Origin: Methanomethylovorans hollandica DSM 15978
GTDB lineage: Archaea; Halobacteriota; Methanosarcinia; Methanosarcinales; Methanosarcinaceae
Assembly: GCF_000328665.1 (NCBI RefSeq)
Contig: NC_019977.1
Span: 186,001-250,000, forward strand
DNA: 64,000 nucleotides
Direction of reading: 5' to 3'
Shown: in pieces, positions 53,323 to 63,807 of the stretch
Numbering within the stretch: the stretch's first letter is position 1
How the letters are laid out: each line of letters opens with the position of its first letter
Position numbers and translations under genes: made by a program
The notes under the pieces: generated by a model
Seen by the model: the letters and a program-made list of their open reading frames with translations, nothing else
The model's database searches: none
Told to the model about the DNA's origin: nothing

Positions 53323-54147
53323 ATGGCCAAGATTGGAATCATTAAACTAGGTAACTTAGGTATGAGCCAGGTAGTAGACCTGGTCCAGGATGAGATCGCA
53401 GCGAGAGAAGGTATTACTGTTCGTGTATTCGGTACAGGTCCCAAGATGGGAAAAGATGAAGCAGCTGCTACAGCTGATCTCAAGAAAATGGAAGCAGATT
53501 TCTATGTAATGATAAGCCCCAACTCCAGTGCCCCAGGTCCAACTGCGGCGCGTGAACTTTACAAAGACGTTCCATGCATTATCATTTCAGATGGACCTAC
53601 CAAGAAAGAGGACCGTGAGGCTCTTCAACAGGCAGGTTTCGGTTACATCATCATGACCGTTGATCCGCTCATTGGTGCAAAGACAGAGTTCCTTGACCCC
53701 GTGGAAATGGCATCTTTCAATTCCGATGCAATGAAAGTCCTTTCAACATGCGGTGTTGTAAGGCTCATTCAGGAAGAACTGGACAAGGTCGCAGCACTGG
53801 TCGATGCAGGTGAACCTATCCAGTTGCCTCATATTCTTGCAAAGCCAGAGGTATGTATCGAAAGAGCTCACTTCAACAACCCTTATGCAAAGGCAAAAGG
53901 TCTTGCAGCACTCCACATGGCTGACATGGTCGCAAAGATCAACTTCCCAGCATGCTTCATGATGAAGGAGCTTGAACAGGTAGCTCTTACAACTGCAGCT
54001 GGTCACGAAATGATGAGGGCAGCAGCACAGCTTGCCATAGAGGCACGTGAAATAGAGAAAGCTAACGACAGTGTCTTCAGACAGCCCCACTCCAAGAAGG
54101 GAGGCAAGCAGTTCCAGAAGACAAAGCTGTATGAAAAGCCCCAGTGA
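53323..54147 (+). CDS. mtd: F420-dependent methylene-H4MPT dehydrogenase
   Basis: KIGIIKLGNLG, DEIAARE, DPLIGAK.EFLDP.EMA, NPYAKAK. Confidence 0.96.
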   Translation: MAKIGIIKLGNLGMSQVVDLVQDEIAAREGITVRVFGTGPKMGKDEAAATADLKKMEADFYVMISPNSSAPGPTAARELYKDVPCIIISDGPTKKEDREALQQAGFGYIIMTVDPLIGAKTEFLDPVEMASFNSDAMKVLSTCGVVRLIQEELDKVAALVDAGEPIQLPHILAKPEVCIERAHFNNPYAKAKGLAALHMADMVAKINFPACFMMKELEQVALTTAAGHEMMRAAAQLAIEAREIEKANDSVFRQPHSKKGGKQFQKTKLYEKPQ

Positions 54148-54172
54148 AGTACCATAGGTACTTCCTTTTCTT
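54146..54172 (+). terminator. Hairpin plus T tract after mtd
   Basis: GAAGTACC ata GGTACTTC cttttctt. Confidence 0.6.
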
Positions 54173-54187
54173 ATTCAAACAGATCTT

Positions 54188-54376
54188 ATGAAACTTATAC
54201 TCGCTTTTTTAGCTTCGATCATCATTTTCGTAGTCTTTGTTGCTATCACAGCATTTTTTCTCAAGTCTGCACTAGACCTTCATAAAAAAACCATGGGTTC
54301 AGTGGCATCTCACAATGCAAGCAATCGGGATGATCTAAAGTCAGAAGATTATGAAATAGAAGAAGAAAGCCAGTAA
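54188..54376 (+). CDS. Small membrane protein (62 aa)
   Basis: N-terminal TM helix and acidic tail; fills the gap between mtd and the convergent gene. Confidence 0.6.
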   Translation: MKLILAFLASIIIFVVFVAITAFFLKSALDLHKKTMGSVASHNASNRDDLKSEDYEIEEESQ

Positions 54377-54388
54377 AGATATTCTGGC

Positions 54389-54973
54389 TTATTGCCTCAC
54401 TCTTGGCATGGCAATGATCTCTCTTATCTGAGCGTTGAAGAATCTTTGTGAATGTGTGGGCTTCATAACAACAGCTACATCTGCACCGTGGCCTGTGCCT
54501 GCAATAGCAATAATCTCTGTTTCAGGGGTCACAGGGATCTTACCGGAGTCAGCTGCCATCATTGTTATTTCCACAACCACTTTGAATCCCTGGCCGAACA
54601 ATGACCTCAAAGTGTTCGATATCACGTCTATTCTGCTTGTTCCTCCAAATTTGTTAGATATAGCTCTCTCTATGCCTGAAAACAGGTGGGACTGCGTAAC
54701 AACTTCTACTCCCATATCATGTAATTCCTTTAAAGTATCATTTTCCATTTCCCATTTTCCATCTTCTTTGACCCCATACTGATAGCTCACACAAACTATC
54801 TTCAGCATTTTTCCTTTTGCAGCTTTTGCCATTTCCAGTGCTGTATACCCAGTGGTGCTTGACACTACTATCTGCCTGATCCCCAGCTCTTCAGCCCTTT
54901 TGATAGCAGCATCAATAACCAGCTGTGTATTCTCCTTGCCTGTACTTTCAAGGTATAATATTGTTTTTTCCAT
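54389..54973 (-). CDS. Pyruvate-kinase C-terminal-like protein (COG1751-like)
   Basis: GKENT, VVSSTTGYTA, GQGFKV.VEI..MAADSG, AGTGHGAD. Confidence 0.88.
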   Translation of the reverse strand: MEKTILYLESTGKENTQLVIDAAIKRAEELGIRQIVVSSTTGYTALEMAKAAKGKMLKIVCVSYQYGVKEDGKWEMENDTLKELHDMGVEVVTQSHLFSGIERAISNKFGGTSRIDVISNTLRSLFGQGFKVVVEITMMAADSGKIPVTPETEIIAIAGTGHGADVAVVMKPTHSQRFFNAQIREIIAMPRVRQ

Positions 54974-55072
54974 GTTACCCTTCCTTAATTTTTATGAACG
55001 ATGCTCTTATCTATCATGATCAGTATAAAATATCAGCGATTAAACAAGTCTTAGATAGAAACAGGTGATCTT

Positions 55073-55819
55073 TTGGCAGAAACAGATTACGATGACAAGA
55101 GCGTGAAAATAGTAACCAAACCCATCAGATCAGAGAACCCAGTGCTTATAGAGGGTTTTCCGGGAATAGGTCTAGTGGGGAATATCGCAAGCCAGCAGAT
55201 CATAGATGAACTCAAGATGGCCTATGTGGGGTCAATCGATTCAAGACATTTCCCTCCGATAGCTGTGCTTTACGAAGGTCTCATTAATATGCCTGTCAGG
55301 ATATACGAAAGCGAGGGGCGCAATCTTGTGATGGTCGTTTCAGATATACCCATTAATCCGGTAGTATCGTATGATATCAGCAGAGCATTACTGGACTGGG
55401 CCAAGGGGATCAACGTAAAGGAAATAGTTTCCATCGCAGGCATAGCTACAATGTCCGAAGAGCGCAAAGTGTTCGGTGCTGCTACAACACCTGAAATGCT
55501 TGAACGGATCAAGGATAAAGTGGAAGTATTCCAGATGGGCACTATTTCAGGTATATCAGGAAGCATTATGGCAGAGTGTCTGGTCAGGGAAATACCAGCC
55601 ATAAGTCTTTTGGGAGCCACTCAGAGCCAGAACCCAGATCCCCGGGCAGCAGCAGTGGTGATAGATGTCTTAAATCTGCTCTACGATTTCTCAGTGAATA
55701 CAGAAAGCCTGATCGAACAGGCGGAAAAGATAGAGATTGAGATGCAGAGGCTTGCGGAGGATGTAAAATCGACCGAGCAGCAGTCTACGCCGAGGAAAGA
55801 GTTCCCCATGTATGGGTGA
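55073..55819 (+). CDS. PAC2-family proteasome assembly chaperone (Pba-like)
   Basis: EGFPGIGLVG, PDPRAA and a C-terminal HbYX motif (MYG). Confidence 0.9.
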   Translation: MAETDYDDKSVKIVTKPIRSENPVLIEGFPGIGLVGNIASQQIIDELKMAYVGSIDSRHFPPIAVLYEGLINMPVRIYESEGRNLVMVVSDIPINPVVSYDISRALLDWAKGINVKEIVSIAGIATMSEERKVFGAATTPEMLERIKDKVEVFQMGTISGISGSIMAECLVREIPAISLLGATQSQNPDPRAAAVVIDVLNLLYDFSVNTESLIEQAEKIEIEMQRLAEDVKSTEQQSTPRKEFPMYG

Positions 55820-55823
55820 TAAC

Positions 55824-56213
55824 ATGGAGTACATTGCACTAACCGGTATGTCCGAGCGCGTGATTTCCGAACTACGGAATCACCATCCTCTTACGATTGA
55901 AGTACGTAGTCCGAACAATTTCTTCGCAGCTTACAAAGCCAAGATAGGTGACTTCATATTCGTCACTCATGTAAGTCCAGACGATCTTCGTGGGGGAGCT
56001 ATGGGTATCGTAGCAAAAGTGCTTAAGCACCAAGTTATGACTCACAGAATGGTCCAAAGCAATGATCTCTATTATGAGGAACGCGAAATGACCATGTTGC
56101 GTATACAGCTTGAACCCAGATTTATAGCAAGGGTGCGTCGTGTTACTTGCAATCAGATGTGTAAAGCTGCTAAAGTAGATGCTGAGGAAATGCCCTTCTT
56201 TGATGCAAGGTAA
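55824..56213 (+). CDS. DUF473-like protein
   Basis: ALTGMS...TIEVRSPNN...YEERE pattern; GGTGA SD. Confidence 0.75.
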   Translation: MEYIALTGMSERVISELRNHHPLTIEVRSPNNFFAAYKAKIGDFIFVTHVSPDDLRGGAMGIVAKVLKHQVMTHRMVQSNDLYYEEREMTMLRIQLEPRFIARVRRVTCNQMCKAAKVDAEEMPFFDAR

Positions 56214-56303
56214 AGTAAGTTGTATTTTGGGGCATTCTCTTAAGCCTTTTTTCTATTTTCGGATTCCTAGTTTTCTCTTGAATTAAAGAGTCAACAGGCA
56301 GGA

Positions 56304-57923
56304 TCATTCGATCTCTGCCCTTACAGTTGTGAAAACCGGTCCACGAATATCTATCTTCTTGTTATTGCTGGTTATATATCGCTGAGCCAGGGGCTTGATC
56401 CTAATATTGATTTCAGAAGGCACTTTCACTATCCTCACTCTGGTTTCTACCTGTTTTTCGCCATTCTTTGCAGCTTCTTCGATTTCCCACGCTGATTGGG
56501 CGGCAAAAGCATCTATGAATCTTATGCCTGTCCTTGCGGAATCATTTTCAAACGCCTCTTCCCATTTCTTATTGTTGGGCAGTCCCAGAATATCGCTCTT
56601 AAATGTCAGCACTTCATTGAAAGCTGCCGGACCACAGAGTTTAGTGTTCTCTTCGGGTTCCACAACTGATACTTTCACTTTCCTGCCATACACAGTACCT
56701 TCCCATGCAGTGAACTCGCAGGGACTGGGTTCGGAACCATGTAATTCACATTGTTTTACTATAGCAGCAAGTATCTCTTCTCCTTCAGAAGTAACAGGTG
56801 TTTTTTCCACATAGATCATCTTTGCAAGTTCACTATCCTGCATGTTCCATGGAGAATACTGTGGTATCTGCGGATATGTCAGAGAACGCACATCCATGGC
56901 ACCATACAGGATCATGGCAAGTCTTTCCACTCCCAGACCTAGGTTCATTACAGGACATGGTATCTCATACTCTGCAAGGGCTGTAGGCGAATATATTCCA
57001 AAAGTAGCAATCTCGACCCAGCCATCCGAATATTTTGTCTTTGAACCCACCAGCTTTGGGTGATATGCAAATACCTCTATCTGCGTATCAGGTACATAGT
57101 ACTTACTTCTCTTTTCATCTGGTCTGAACCTGAACTTTTCAAAGCCGAATTGTGCCAGAAGACCTTGTGCAACCGCTTTTCCATGGTCTACCGTAACATT
57201 CTCATCCATGATGACACATGAAGCTGAATAATATGTCATGAGGCGTGCAGCATCTTCAGCCTGTTCTCTTCTGAAACAACGATCTATGGAGAAGAAGTTA
57301 AAAGGAGGTTCAGCACGTTCCAGCATTCCTGAAAGGCTTATGAACCATCCGGAGGTCATGTGGCTGCGCAATGTCTTTCGGCCACATACAGGTGCCAGTT
57401 CCTTGAACTCAGGGAATACCTGGTCTATCATCTCTACTATAAGTGAGTCAGAAACGCCCAGCTCCATTGACATTTCGGGTACAAGGTCATCCCCTTCTAT
57501 ATCCCCTTTCTTATAGGAATGAAGTATCCTCCTTATCTTTTCAATGCCTTCTTCGCCAATATCCCCGATCATTCCTTTGATCATGGCTATCCGTTCATCG
57601 GATATTCCTACATTAGGTCTGGGCAGTCCTCCTAAATAGAAACATCTGTCAAGGACTGCAAGTGCTTCATGTCCGAACTGTTTGTGCACTTCTTTTTCAT
57701 CGACTATAAGAGGATTCATCATCTCATGGAAACCCATTCGCAAATATGCTTCTCTTAGGCGGGATATGGTCTCATATACGGGATGCACTTTACCATAGTT
57801 TAATTCCATGTGTGGATATCCCTGGTTGATGTTTGCTCTTTTCACATATTCTCTGCCGTTGTTCCATGCGGCATCAAAATCTTCTTTAGCGGCTGTTTTG
57901 ATCTCTTCAGGGTTGAATCTCAT
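56304..57923 (-). CDS. sepS: O-phosphoseryl-tRNA(Cys) synthetase
   Basis: AVLDRCFYL, LRSHMTSGWF, DRCFRREQ and NLGLGVERLAM motifs. Confidence 0.97.
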   Translation of the reverse strand: MRFNPEEIKTAAKEDFDAAWNNGREYVKRANINQGYPHMELNYGKVHPVYETISRLREAYLRMGFHEMMNPLIVDEKEVHKQFGHEALAVLDRCFYLGGLPRPNVGISDERIAMIKGMIGDIGEEGIEKIRRILHSYKKGDIEGDDLVPEMSMELGVSDSLIVEMIDQVFPEFKELAPVCGRKTLRSHMTSGWFISLSGMLERAEPPFNFFSIDRCFRREQAEDAARLMTYYSASCVIMDENVTVDHGKAVAQGLLAQFGFEKFRFRPDEKRSKYYVPDTQIEVFAYHPKLVGSKTKYSDGWVEIATFGIYSPTALAEYEIPCPVMNLGLGVERLAMILYGAMDVRSLTYPQIPQYSPWNMQDSELAKMIYVEKTPVTSEGEEILAAIVKQCELHGSEPSPCEFTAWEGTVYGRKVKVSVVEPEENTKLCGPAAFNEVLTFKSDILGLPNNKKWEEAFENDSARTGIRFIDAFAAQSAWEIEEAAKNGEKQVETRVRIVKVPSEINIRIKPLAQRYITSNNKKIDIRGPVFTTVRAEIE

Positions 57924-57974
57924 AGTGATGTCCTCTAAGATGATGGTTAATTCAGTGCGATATTATTTATTTCT

Positions 57975-58607
57975 TTATTTGCGGGATAATAATTGAATCT
58001 CAAGCGCTTGCATAGCTATTTCAAGCTTTTCTTGCCTGGCCGCTGCTGTGAGTTCACCTCTTGAGATCTCCAGCAGCAGACGTAGTCTATCTGTCTTTGC
58101 CCGAAGTCCATGTGTCATGGCATCCGGGTAATCAAATAACATCAGGCCTATGTATAATTCTTCCATTATATTCAGGTACCTTTCTCCCTCGCCCAACATT
58201 CCCCGGCGTATCAGATCAAGTATATGTCTTTTTATTTCTCCTCCGCCATCTCCCAATCCGTTAAGATATGCTACAGGCTCCACTTTCAATTCTCCAGGTC
58301 CCGGGATCTTTTTTCCAGAAACAAGTGCATATATGATGCTACATTCTGTAAATTCCTGTTGGGCATGTTCAACAAAACCTGCATAGTATATGTCCTGCTG
58401 ATCTTTAAGGACTGATATCATGTTTTCCATGTTATCTTTTGCAGTCTGGATATTGGAATATGCCAGTTCAAGTTCCATTTTGTGGACGTGTTGCATGGCC
58501 ACTCTGCAATTACGTACAACTTCTCTTGACAGCTTTATGCCCTGCTCCCTTGCTTTGTCTTTTTCTTCCAGATCTATTCTAATCTGTTCTATGATACTTT
58601 TTATCAT
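57975..58607 (-). CDS. Translin/TRAX-family protein
   Basis: KDKARE..IKLSREVVR, QQEFTE, YLNGLGD..GEIKR. Confidence 0.85.
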   Translation of the reverse strand: MIKSIIEQIRIDLEEKDKAREQGIKLSREVVRNCRVAMQHVHKMELELAYSNIQTAKDNMENMISVLKDQQDIYYAGFVEHAQQEFTECSIIYALVSGKKIPGPGELKVEPVAYLNGLGDGGGEIKRHILDLIRRGMLGEGERYLNIMEELYIGLMLFDYPDAMTHGLRAKTDRLRLLLEISRGELTAAARQEKLEIAMQALEIQLLSRK

Positions 58608-58792
58608 GGTCCCTTCTTTCGGTTCAAGATCCCATTATTCATTTGTTATAATTGCAACTAACAGGGCAATATTTGCATAACTATATTTTCTTAAAGGCTC
58701 CGATCTTCCGAAGCCTATACATAAATTTAGAAATGTATTTAAGAGGATGTACTCCTGAAAGGGTAACATCCATGTCCCTTTAGAAGGAAATA

Positions 58793-59062
58793 TCAATCAT
58801 CTACAGGAATTGTTTCGAGCTGACTTGCAACATTCCATATCAGGGTACGGGTGTGTAATGGGATGTTTGGGTCATTGCTAATATCTTCTAATATAGAAAT
58901 GCTTGCTGTGGTCCTCATGAACAGAGGATCTTCCTCATTTTTCAGTGTGGTCAGCACATCACTTGCAGAACGTCTTATATTCCTTGGAACAGAACTATCA
59001 TTTGCGATATGCTCTAATATCTGTATACACTGGTTTATAACATCTTTAAAATCATTTGCCAT
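58793..59062 (-). CDS. UPF0147 family protein
   Basis: [10 protein letters not shown] and [12 protein letters not shown] motifs. Confidence 0.9.
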   Translation of the reverse strand: MANDFKDVINQCIQILEHIANDSSVPRNIRRSASDVLTTLKNEEDPLFMRTTASISILEDISNDPNIPLHTRTLIWNVASQLETIPVDD

Positions 59063-59179
59063 ACAAATCACCTTCAGATGACTTATCACTAAAATAAGAT
59101 AATCAAATTACAACTAAACTATTATATGGTATAAAAAGACTTTCATTGGTAATGTATCAATGACGTAACGGAGAAATAA

Positions 59180-59689
59180 ATGAGTCAAAAAGATGATGAA
59201 TCAATAAACAAGATCTCACGGATGCTTGAGATCGGTGGTACAATGCTGGCACAGCACTGTGCAGACTGCGGAGCTCCATTGTTCAGGTATAAAGGCAATG
59301 TGATCTGTCCGGTATGTGATACAGGACCAAAACCTTCTGGTCAGGTGCAGGAGAAAACCATAGAAAAAAAGACGGTTCTTTCTTCTGAGCTTTCTTCCAA
59401 TGCAGAGGATAAACAGCAAGTTGCTTCCTCAGTAAGCTCGCTAAATGCAGTCCCTTCTCCAAGTGATCTGCCCGGAGCAATTAAGAAGGCTGCTTCTATG
59501 GCTTCGGAAATTCCAGTCCGATCCAAATCTGTTTCTGGGAGCTCTTTACAGGAACTGGAAGTGATCCTGGTGGAAAAAACTGTTATGCTTGCACATTCTA
59601 TGCAGCAGGAACAGGACCCACGTAAGATCAAGGAGTTCTTGGAACTTATTGAACAAAGCCTGGATATAATAGACAGATTAAAGAACTAA
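59180..59689 (+). CDS. UPF0148 / SSSCA1-like zinc-ribbon protein
   Basis: GGTMLAQHCADCGAPLFRYKG..ICPVC. Confidence 0.88.
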   Translation: MSQKDDESINKISRMLEIGGTMLAQHCADCGAPLFRYKGNVICPVCDTGPKPSGQVQEKTIEKKTVLSSELSSNAEDKQQVASSVSSLNAVPSPSDLPGAIKKAASMASEIPVRSKSVSGSSLQELEVILVEKTVMLAHSMQQEQDPRKIKEFLELIEQSLDIIDRLKN

Positions 59690-59725
59690 TATTAAAAAAG
59701 AGGATAAAGATAAGTCTTTATCTTA

Positions 59726-61978
59726 TCATTTATACTCTGCTGATACTACTTCCCTTATCCTGGCAGCTGTCTTAGGTCCAATGTTTTGTACCTTTATCAA
59801 CTCTTCATATTGTGCATTCATCACATTCTCCACGCTTCCGAAATGCTTAAGAAGGCTTTTTGCCGCTTTCGGCCCGATATCGTTTATAGCAGAGACTATG
59901 TATTCCTGCTGCTCTGATAACATTTTAGAGGCCTTTTTCCCATGGATCTTAATTTCCCTCTGTTTTTCAGATTGTTCCCTTTTTGCAAGGGTTTGGATTA
60001 GCATAGCACTATCTTCAGCATCCCTTGTGTAGAATATAGATACTCCAAAGTCTATTCCTATGGAGGCCAGAGTTCCATGTATCGACCTGGGGTTTATCTG
60101 GCGTGCTGAGAACAACCCTTCACCCTCTATTAACAGTACGGGCTTTTGATAGGAGCGTGAGATATTGGAGATCTGTTCGAACAAAGTGTTGTTCAGGAGG
60201 GAATTGACAAAATCCTCTGTGCTCTTTCTTTCAATAGCTATCCTTTCGCTGATCACATAATCTCCTACTTCCAGGGTCTTCACATCGACATCCACACCAA
60301 GCTTTTCAAGCTCTCTGGCAACCTGGCTGCGCACTTCCCGGTGATCTATAACGACCCTTATGCCCTCATTTTCAAATTCAGATAATTTTTTCTGGTCTTT
60401 TTCTACCTGTGGTTGAACATATTGTTCCAAAGTGGTGGCATTTGCAGACATGTTTTCCTGCAACTCTTTCATATTGCTCTGCATCCGGCGTTCCTTAGAC
60501 AGGCTGCTCCAGTAATAACCTTCGTCCCTGGTACCTTTGGTAACAAGTACCACGACCCTGCCTGCATGTTTTCTTGCTGTTCTTCCCTTACGCTGTATGC
60601 TCCTTATTTCGGAAGGAATTGGTTCATAAAAGACAACAAGGTCGGTCGATGGTATGTCCAACCCTTCCTCTGCCACAGAAGTGGCCACCAGTACATTATA
60701 TGTGCCTTTTTTGAAGTCCTCGATTATATGGACCTGTTGTTTTTGAGTAAGACCTTTATCTTTGTATTTCGAGCTTTGTCCTACAAACCTTACAGGATAA
60801 ATGTCTTCCATTGATCCCAGGGAAGCTGTGACCATATCTGCAGTATCTCTATAGTTCGTGAAAACAATTACTCTTGACTCCGGTCTCCCGGCTATCTGTC
60901 TGGATACGATGTTCCTCACCTGATCAAGTTTTGGATGTTCTATATCAGTATCCTTTATCCGATGAATGGCCTGCCGCATATATAGGTCCTCAGCCAGTCT
61001 TTTTGCAGCCTTGCTCCCGCTTTTTGAATATGCTTCGTGTTCCAGTCTCTCCATGTACTTACGCAAGGATTCCATCCCCTGCGTCTCTATGATCTCTACG
61101 GCATGGCCCACCTTCATTATTTCGGCAACTATAGATATTGCGGCATAGACTGACGAATCAGGTGCCCCTCTTAACTCACCTTGAAGTTTTTTCTGCATAC
61201 CCAACAGGTCTTTCTTAGTGACGAACTTAGGATTGTGTACAGGGAACCCAAGCTCTGTAAGTTTTTTGAACCTCTCCTCCATTACCTTTTCAAGCAATCC
61301 TTTGATCTCAGACATATCTTTCGGAAGATCGATCTTTATCCATTCTATCTCCTTCTTGTGGATATATGGCTTCACATCGCTATCAGATTCTGTTTTAACG
61401 GCAACTGATCCGATATGCAGGGCTTCGCATACCTCGCTTATTTTCTCGTCAGTGCTTCCGGGACTTGCCGTTATCCCAATGCAATGAGGATTACTTGCAT
61501 TTTCAAAATATTTTTCTGCTATGTATGTGTAAGCATAGTTACCTACTGCTCTATGTGCTTCATCGAATGTTATGTGGCAGACATCGCCAAGACTGATGCG
61601 TTTTGTAATTATGTCGTTCTCGATGACCTGGGGCGTGGAAACGATCAGTTTGGCATCTTTCCAGAGATCTGCTCTTTTTTGAGGGGTCACACTTCCGGTA
61701 AAAGTAATGATGTGCTCTTCAGGCATGTTCATTACCTTCTTGAAAAAAGCTGCGTGTTGCTCCACAAGAGGTTTAGTAGGAGAAAGCACAAGGGCTTTAC
61801 CCCCCAATTTTTCCATCCTGGCCGCAATGACAAGTAAAGATACTATGGTTTTCCCAAGGCCGGTTGGTAGCACTATCAATGTGGGTGAGTAAAGGGCCCT
61901 GCCTGCAAGGTCAAGCTGGTATAACCTTTGCTCAACCATATCTGGTTGTATAAGGGGGTGTTTGATGTAGTTTATCAT
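59726..61978 (-). CDS. hef: Hef helicase/nuclease (DEAH helicase plus ERCC4 and HhH domains)
   Basis: LPTGLGKT, DEAH, QRKGRTAR, ERKS nuclease motif, C-terminal HhH pair. Confidence 0.95.
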   Translation of the reverse strand: MINYIKHPLIQPDMVEQRLYQLDLAGRALYSPTLIVLPTGLGKTIVSLLVIAARMEKLGGKALVLSPTKPLVEQHAAFFKKVMNMPEEHIITFTGSVTPQKRADLWKDAKLIVSTPQVIENDIITKRISLGDVCHITFDEAHRAVGNYAYTYIAEKYFENASNPHCIGITASPGSTDEKISEVCEALHIGSVAVKTESDSDVKPYIHKKEIEWIKIDLPKDMSEIKGLLEKVMEERFKKLTELGFPVHNPKFVTKKDLLGMQKKLQGELRGAPDSSVYAAISIVAEIMKVGHAVEIIETQGMESLRKYMERLEHEAYSKSGSKAAKRLAEDLYMRQAIHRIKDTDIEHPKLDQVRNIVSRQIAGRPESRVIVFTNYRDTADMVTASLGSMEDIYPVRFVGQSSKYKDKGLTQKQQVHIIEDFKKGTYNVLVATSVAEEGLDIPSTDLVVFYEPIPSEIRSIQRKGRTARKHAGRVVVLVTKGTRDEGYYWSSLSKERRMQSNMKELQENMSANATTLEQYVQPQVEKDQKKLSEFENEGIRVVIDHREVRSQVARELEKLGVDVDVKTLEVGDYVISERIAIERKSTEDFVNSLLNNTLFEQISNISRSYQKPVLLIEGEGLFSARQINPRSIHGTLASIGIDFGVSIFYTRDAEDSAMLIQTLAKREQSEKQREIKIHGKKASKMLSEQQEYIVSAINDIGPKAAKSLLKHFGSVENVMNAQYEELIKVQNIGPKTAARIREVVSAEYK

Positions 61979-62052
61979 GTCACATTCTTTTTGTTGAGTG
62001 TAACACTATACGCCCCCTATATTTTTAAACATGTGCAAGCACAGTGAAAGTA

Positions 62053-63807
62053 TTACAAAGGCTTTCCTGCAGTTTCTAACTTTCTTTCTCTGTAGATCAT
62101 CTCGTAAAGCACATCGTCGATCGTATCAACCGAAGCTCTGACCTGCTGCATGCTATCTCTGTCCCTTATTGTCACTGTATTATCTTCCAGTGTGTCATAG
62201 TCGATAGTGACACAATAGGGGGTTCCTATCTCATCATTACGCCTATAGCGGCGACCAATGGTCCCGGAATCGTCATATGCGACCAGAATACCTTTGTCTC
62301 TGAGTCTGGCAGCGATCTGCTTTGCAGGTTCTATGAGTTCCTCCTTTGTCATTAAAGGTAGCACTGCCACTTTTATAGGAGCTATTTCTTTCATGAACCT
62401 CATAACGATCCTTGCCTCATCTTCGGTATCATCTGTAGTATCTTTGGCAGGGACTATTTCTTCATCATAAGCATGTTCCATCACTGAATAAAGTATCCTG
62501 TCAATACCAAATGAAGGCTCTATCACATGTGGAACTATATTCTCTCCGCTGACCTTGATAGTTTCTTGAGCGAACTCAACCATGTCTCTGGGTATTGTGA
62601 TTTCTTCTCCGTCCACTAAGACTTTTATCTCTTCTTTTTCGAGTGCTTCCTGTGCAAGGGCTTTAAGGGCTTCAGCAACAACCTTTGCCTTGCCTTTGAA
62701 CATAGGTCCCATTTTTCCCATATTTGGTTTGACCACGAACTTTTCCATCATGCGCGGCTGTTCATACTCAATGTAGACAGAAAGCTCCGTTTTACTCATG
62801 TTCGCATGGGCTGAAAGATCGTAATCAGTCCTGTCAGCAATGCCTACTACTTCCACCCAGCCAAACCTTTCTGTAAGTATTTCTGCATCCCAGCAGTCGA
62901 TGGCATAGTGAGCCATCTCATCTTTCCTGTGTTGTCTGAATCTCAATTTGTCCGGGGCGATGCCAACACGCTGCAGGAAATAGTTGACCAGTGCCACTTG
63001 ATAGGCTAGGAACTCATGTGCAATGCTGCCCTTGTCTACAGCTTCCCTTACGGTCATGATCTCAGATTCGCCTTTGTCCTGAGAGGCATCAGAATATAGG
63101 TTAAGGACCGTATTTTCAAATCTTTGTATGTTGGGATGGGTCTTTGTCCTTGGGTCGATAAATATCTCAGCTTCAGCCTGCGTGAACTCCCGCAGTCTTA
63201 TAACTCCCTGTCTTGGTGATATTTCGTTACGATATGATTTTCCTATCTGGGTTGCACCGAAGGGAAGTTTATCACGGTAATATCTTGCAAGTCTCATGAA
63301 ATCTACAAACATCCCCTGAGCAGTTTCAGGTCTGAGATAACCCTTCCTGCCATTTCCAGGGCCTATCTGGGTCTTAAACATGAGGTTGAAGTCATAGGCA
63401 TTCCCCAGATCTCCTCCGCATTCAGGACATTTAACATTGTTCTGTGCGATGGTTCTGTCCAGTTCTTCATCTGTGAGGCCATCTGCTTCTTCAACTATGT
63501 GCTTTATCAGATGGTCTGCTCTGAACGCTTCTCCACATTGCTTGCACTCGCAAAGGGGGTCTGAAAAACCTCCAACATGACCCGATGCTACAAAGATCTC
63601 TTCAATTCCTACGGTAGGACACTCGATCTCCATGAACCCTTCCTGGATGACGTATAGTTCACGCCAGATATGTTCTATCCTACGTTTTAAGGTGCTTCCC
63701 AGAGGTCCATAATCATAGAATCCGGCAGTTCCTCCGTATAGCTCGAAGGAGTTCCACAGGAATCCACGGCGTTTAGCCAGTTCTATAACCTGTTCGTATC
63801 TATCCAT
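62053..63807 (-). CDS. glyS: Glycyl-tRNA synthetase
   Basis: YDYGPLG, LRPETAQG, RNEISPR, EPSFGIDR, anticodon-binding domain. Confidence 0.97.
   Translation of the reverse strand: MDRYEQVIELAKRRGFLWNSFELYGGTAGFYDYGPLGSTLKRRIEHIWRELYVIQEGFMEIECPTVGIEEIFVASGHVGGFSDPLCECKQCGEAFRADHLIKHIVEEADGLTDEELDRTIAQNNVKCPECGGDLGNAYDFNLMFKTQIGPGNGRKGYLRPETAQGMFVDFMRLARYYRDKLPFGATQIGKSYRNEISPRQGVIRLREFTQAEAEIFIDPRTKTHPNIQRFENTVLNLYSDASQDKGESEIMTVREAVDKGSIAHEFLAYQVALVNYFLQRVGIAPDKLRFRQHRKDEMAHYAIDCWDAEILTERFGWVEVVGIADRTDYDLSAHANMSKTELSVYIEYEQPRMMEKFVVKPNMGKMGPMFKGKAKVVAEALKALAQEALEKEEIKVLVDGEEITIPRDMVEFAQETIKVSGENIVPHVIEPSFGIDRILYSVMEHAYDEEIVPAKDTTDDTEDEARIVMRFMKEIAPIKVAVLPLMTKEELIEPAKQIAARLRDKGILVAYDDSGTIGRRYRRNDEIGTPYCVTIDYDTLEDNTVTIRDRDSMQQVRASVDTIDDVLYEMIYRERKLETAGKPL

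Noticed and set aside
58747..58773. Hairpin GGATGT ACTCC tgaaa GGGT A ACATCC considered as SECIS- or riboswitch-like
   Set aside because: It sits just after the UPF0147 stop and is adequately explained as a 3' UTR or terminator hairpin; no nearby selenoprotein candidate
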